DNA of 13,621 bases from a virus. Its lineage: Duplodnaviria > Heunggongvirae > Uroviricota > Caudoviricetes. Shown in pieces: positions 13,531 through 13,621 of this stretch (position 1 is its first letter; the number at the start of each line of letters is the position of its first letter). The notes beneath the pieces were generated by a model. It saw only the letters and a program-made list of their open reading frames with translations, made no database searches and was not told the DNA's origin. The stretch spans positions 1 to 13,621 of IMG/VR virus record IMGVR_UViG_3300021363_000001; one strand, 5' to 3'. The position numbers were made by a program, and so were the translations under genes.

Positions 13531-13562
13531 CCCCCGATCTTAAAAGTCGGGGGTTTTTGTTT
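13531..13562 (+). terminator. attenuator terminator upstream of tRNA-Trp
   Basis: CCCCCGA-N9-TCGGGGG followed by TTTTTGTTTT. Confidence 0.85.
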
Positions 13563-13565
13563 TCT

Positions 13566-13621
13566 ACAGGTTGTGGGCTAAGGTAGCCGAGCGGATTCCA
13601 AACCCGCAGGAGTGAGTTCGA
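13566..13621 (+). tRNA. tRNA-Trp(CCA), truncated by the window end
   Basis: D-stem GGCT/AGCC; GCGG-A-TTCCAAA-C-CCGC; T-stem GTGAG-TTCGA; the 3' half and exact 5' end cannot be seen. Confidence 0.7.

Overview
This window looks like part of a Bacteroidota-infecting phage or prophage. The host call rests on TTTG-N19/20-TAnnTTTG promoters, A-rich starts without Shine-Dalgarno sites, and a Gln+1 signal peptide. The left half (1-6604, minus strand) is a chain of small accessory genes, many ATGA-coupled. It includes a DUF6965-like protein, membrane microproteins, a Zn-ribbon, an HTH protein, two tandem paralog pairs, a repeat-flanked DUF6948 / GS-repeat-DUF6745 / partner cassette, a Fic-domain protein and two frameshifted genes. 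The middle (6767-11331, plus strand) is a head module: scaffold-like protein, probable major capsid protein, probable decoration protein and a conserved capsid-module protein. After it come a secreted FN3-like protein and a cyclic-phosphate-processing receiver-like protein. The right end holds a minus-strand array of 7 partly atypical tRNAs (Leu, Leu, Phe, Ser, Cys, Ser, Tyr) and a partial plus-strand tRNA-Trp. The main finding is that each tRNA unit sits directly behind an intrinsic terminator preceded by a short leader ORF absent from the ORF track, with a complementary antiterminator. The leftward leader has ten consecutive codons (LLCLSFSYSL) drawn only from the five amino acids of the downstream tRNAs. 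This suggests trp-style ribosome-mediated attenuation that switches on phage tRNA genes when the matching host tRNAs run low. All family assignments come from motif recognition, not database searches, and all structures were folded by hand.
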